Source: Paraspadella gotoi (lineage: Eukaryota; Animalia; Chaetognatha). From it: a stretch of DNA of 10,204 bases. The notes beneath the pieces were generated by a model that searched no databases, had not been told where the DNA came from, and worked only from the letters and a program-made list of their open reading frames with translations. The stretch's first letter is position 1; every line of letters starts with the position of its first letter. The stretch spans positions 1-10,204 of the forward strand of contig JBJCIZ010000527.1 of NCBI GenBank assembly GCA_051294375.1, in the 5' to 3' direction. Position numbers and translations under genes: made by a program. This document shows positions 8,993 through 10,204 of this stretch, piece after piece.

Positions 8993-9638
8993 TTTTTCAA
9001 TAATTAATATCTTATAGTTTTTTTCGCATCTATAAAAATTTAAGTCGCGAACCAAATTCCAAATTTCCAATTATTTTCCGGGATTTACGTCTTCTTATCT
9101 TCTTTGAGGGTTATATGGGTAATTCCAATAATTTTAATCCGGTACTGATGCTTTTCTGTTTTTGTCCTTGAGTTTTAATAATAATTTTATAATTCCGATA
9201 ATTTAAAAACATTTTTTTGCCCGGCGATCATTCAGGCGTCTTTTTTTTATCGTTTTGTCTTTTTTGTTCCGCCGGCGAAATAAAAAAGAGAATTGGCCGG
9301 AAGTGAATGTCGTCTTCTTTTCATTATTGAATCGTGCAGAGATCTTTTTCTTCGATAAATATATATCTCCAATATATATTATATATATATCTCCTATATC
9401 TCCATCGATGAGGATAGATTTTTTATTCTCGTCAAATGGGGAAAGCAATTTGAGAGATTGTATGTCTGAGGAGACAATTTAACCTTACCATTTAACCTAA
9501 AGTCGTCAATTTGACGTTGCAAAGGATTTTAACTTTTTGCATATCTTCGAAAATTCGTTATTGTACAATGTTTGACAGTTTACGAATTTATTAAAAGTAA
9601 TTTTTATAGAGACGATTCCCCATTATAGCATATCCTTT

Positions 9639-9643
<5 letters not shown>

Positions 9644-9686
<43 letters not shown>
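9644..9686 (+). repeat. (CT)n microsatellite
   Basis: Perfect CT run. Confidence 0.95.
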
Positions 9687-9691
<5 letters not shown>

Positions 9692-9970
9692 GTTATCGCT
9701 CTCCTTTCCTTTGCTTTTATGCACGATTTAAAAAATATTCTTATTTTTGATTGTTTTTATTTTTCCTGAATTTGTTTCAACCCATCCTTTAAACTTCTGA
9801 AAAACTAAATATTATATTAACGACTATAAAATTTATTTTTTTTTATCTAAATTGATTCTGAGTTTAAATACTTTTCGAGTCCGTTCATTTTTTATTTCTC
9901 TTTCATCAGAAATATTTTCCCGTAAAAATTGATATTCAGTTCTCTTTCTGTCGGCACAAGTGCGCATCTT

Positions 9971-9981
9971 CTCTCTTTATT

Positions 9982-10024
<43 letters not shown>

Positions 10025-10052
10025 TTCTCCTCTCTCTCTCTCTCTCTCTCTC
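9971..10052 (+). repeat. (CT)n microsatellite
   Basis: Interrupted CT run. Confidence 0.95.
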
Positions 10053-10204
10053 GTATTTCTTTCTTCACACCCACGCACGGGCATGAGGATATTTCGGCTT
10101 CCAATTTCACGGATACAGACGAAACCATAAATAACGATTCTCTTTTGATTTTCTACCTCATTTCCTTTTTCCGTTCCTTTTTATTCGGCCATCTCTCTTC
10201 TTTT

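Overview
This looks like eukaryotic, probably invertebrate, genomic DNA. It is AT-rich with no obvious CpG depletion and carries many long (CT)n/(GA)n microsatellites that separate short islands of complex sequence. The supplied ORFs are mostly low-complexity artefacts, and I see no prokaryotic genes, RNA genes or CRISPR arrays. The microsatellite-free zone (~6240-9640) holds the two best-supported structures. (1) A small spliced gene on the minus strand that the ORF track does not assemble. It has a TATA-like box at -31, an initiator, a signal-peptide exon and short GT-AG introns, and it encodes a ~106-aa basic secreted-type protein I do not recognise. (2) An asymmetric foldback/MITE-like inverted repeat at ~8579-8992. 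The rest looks like intergenic, intronic or regulatory DNA, with motif clusters, a G-quadruplex motif and small tandem duplications. No database searches were possible, so novelty claims are untested.
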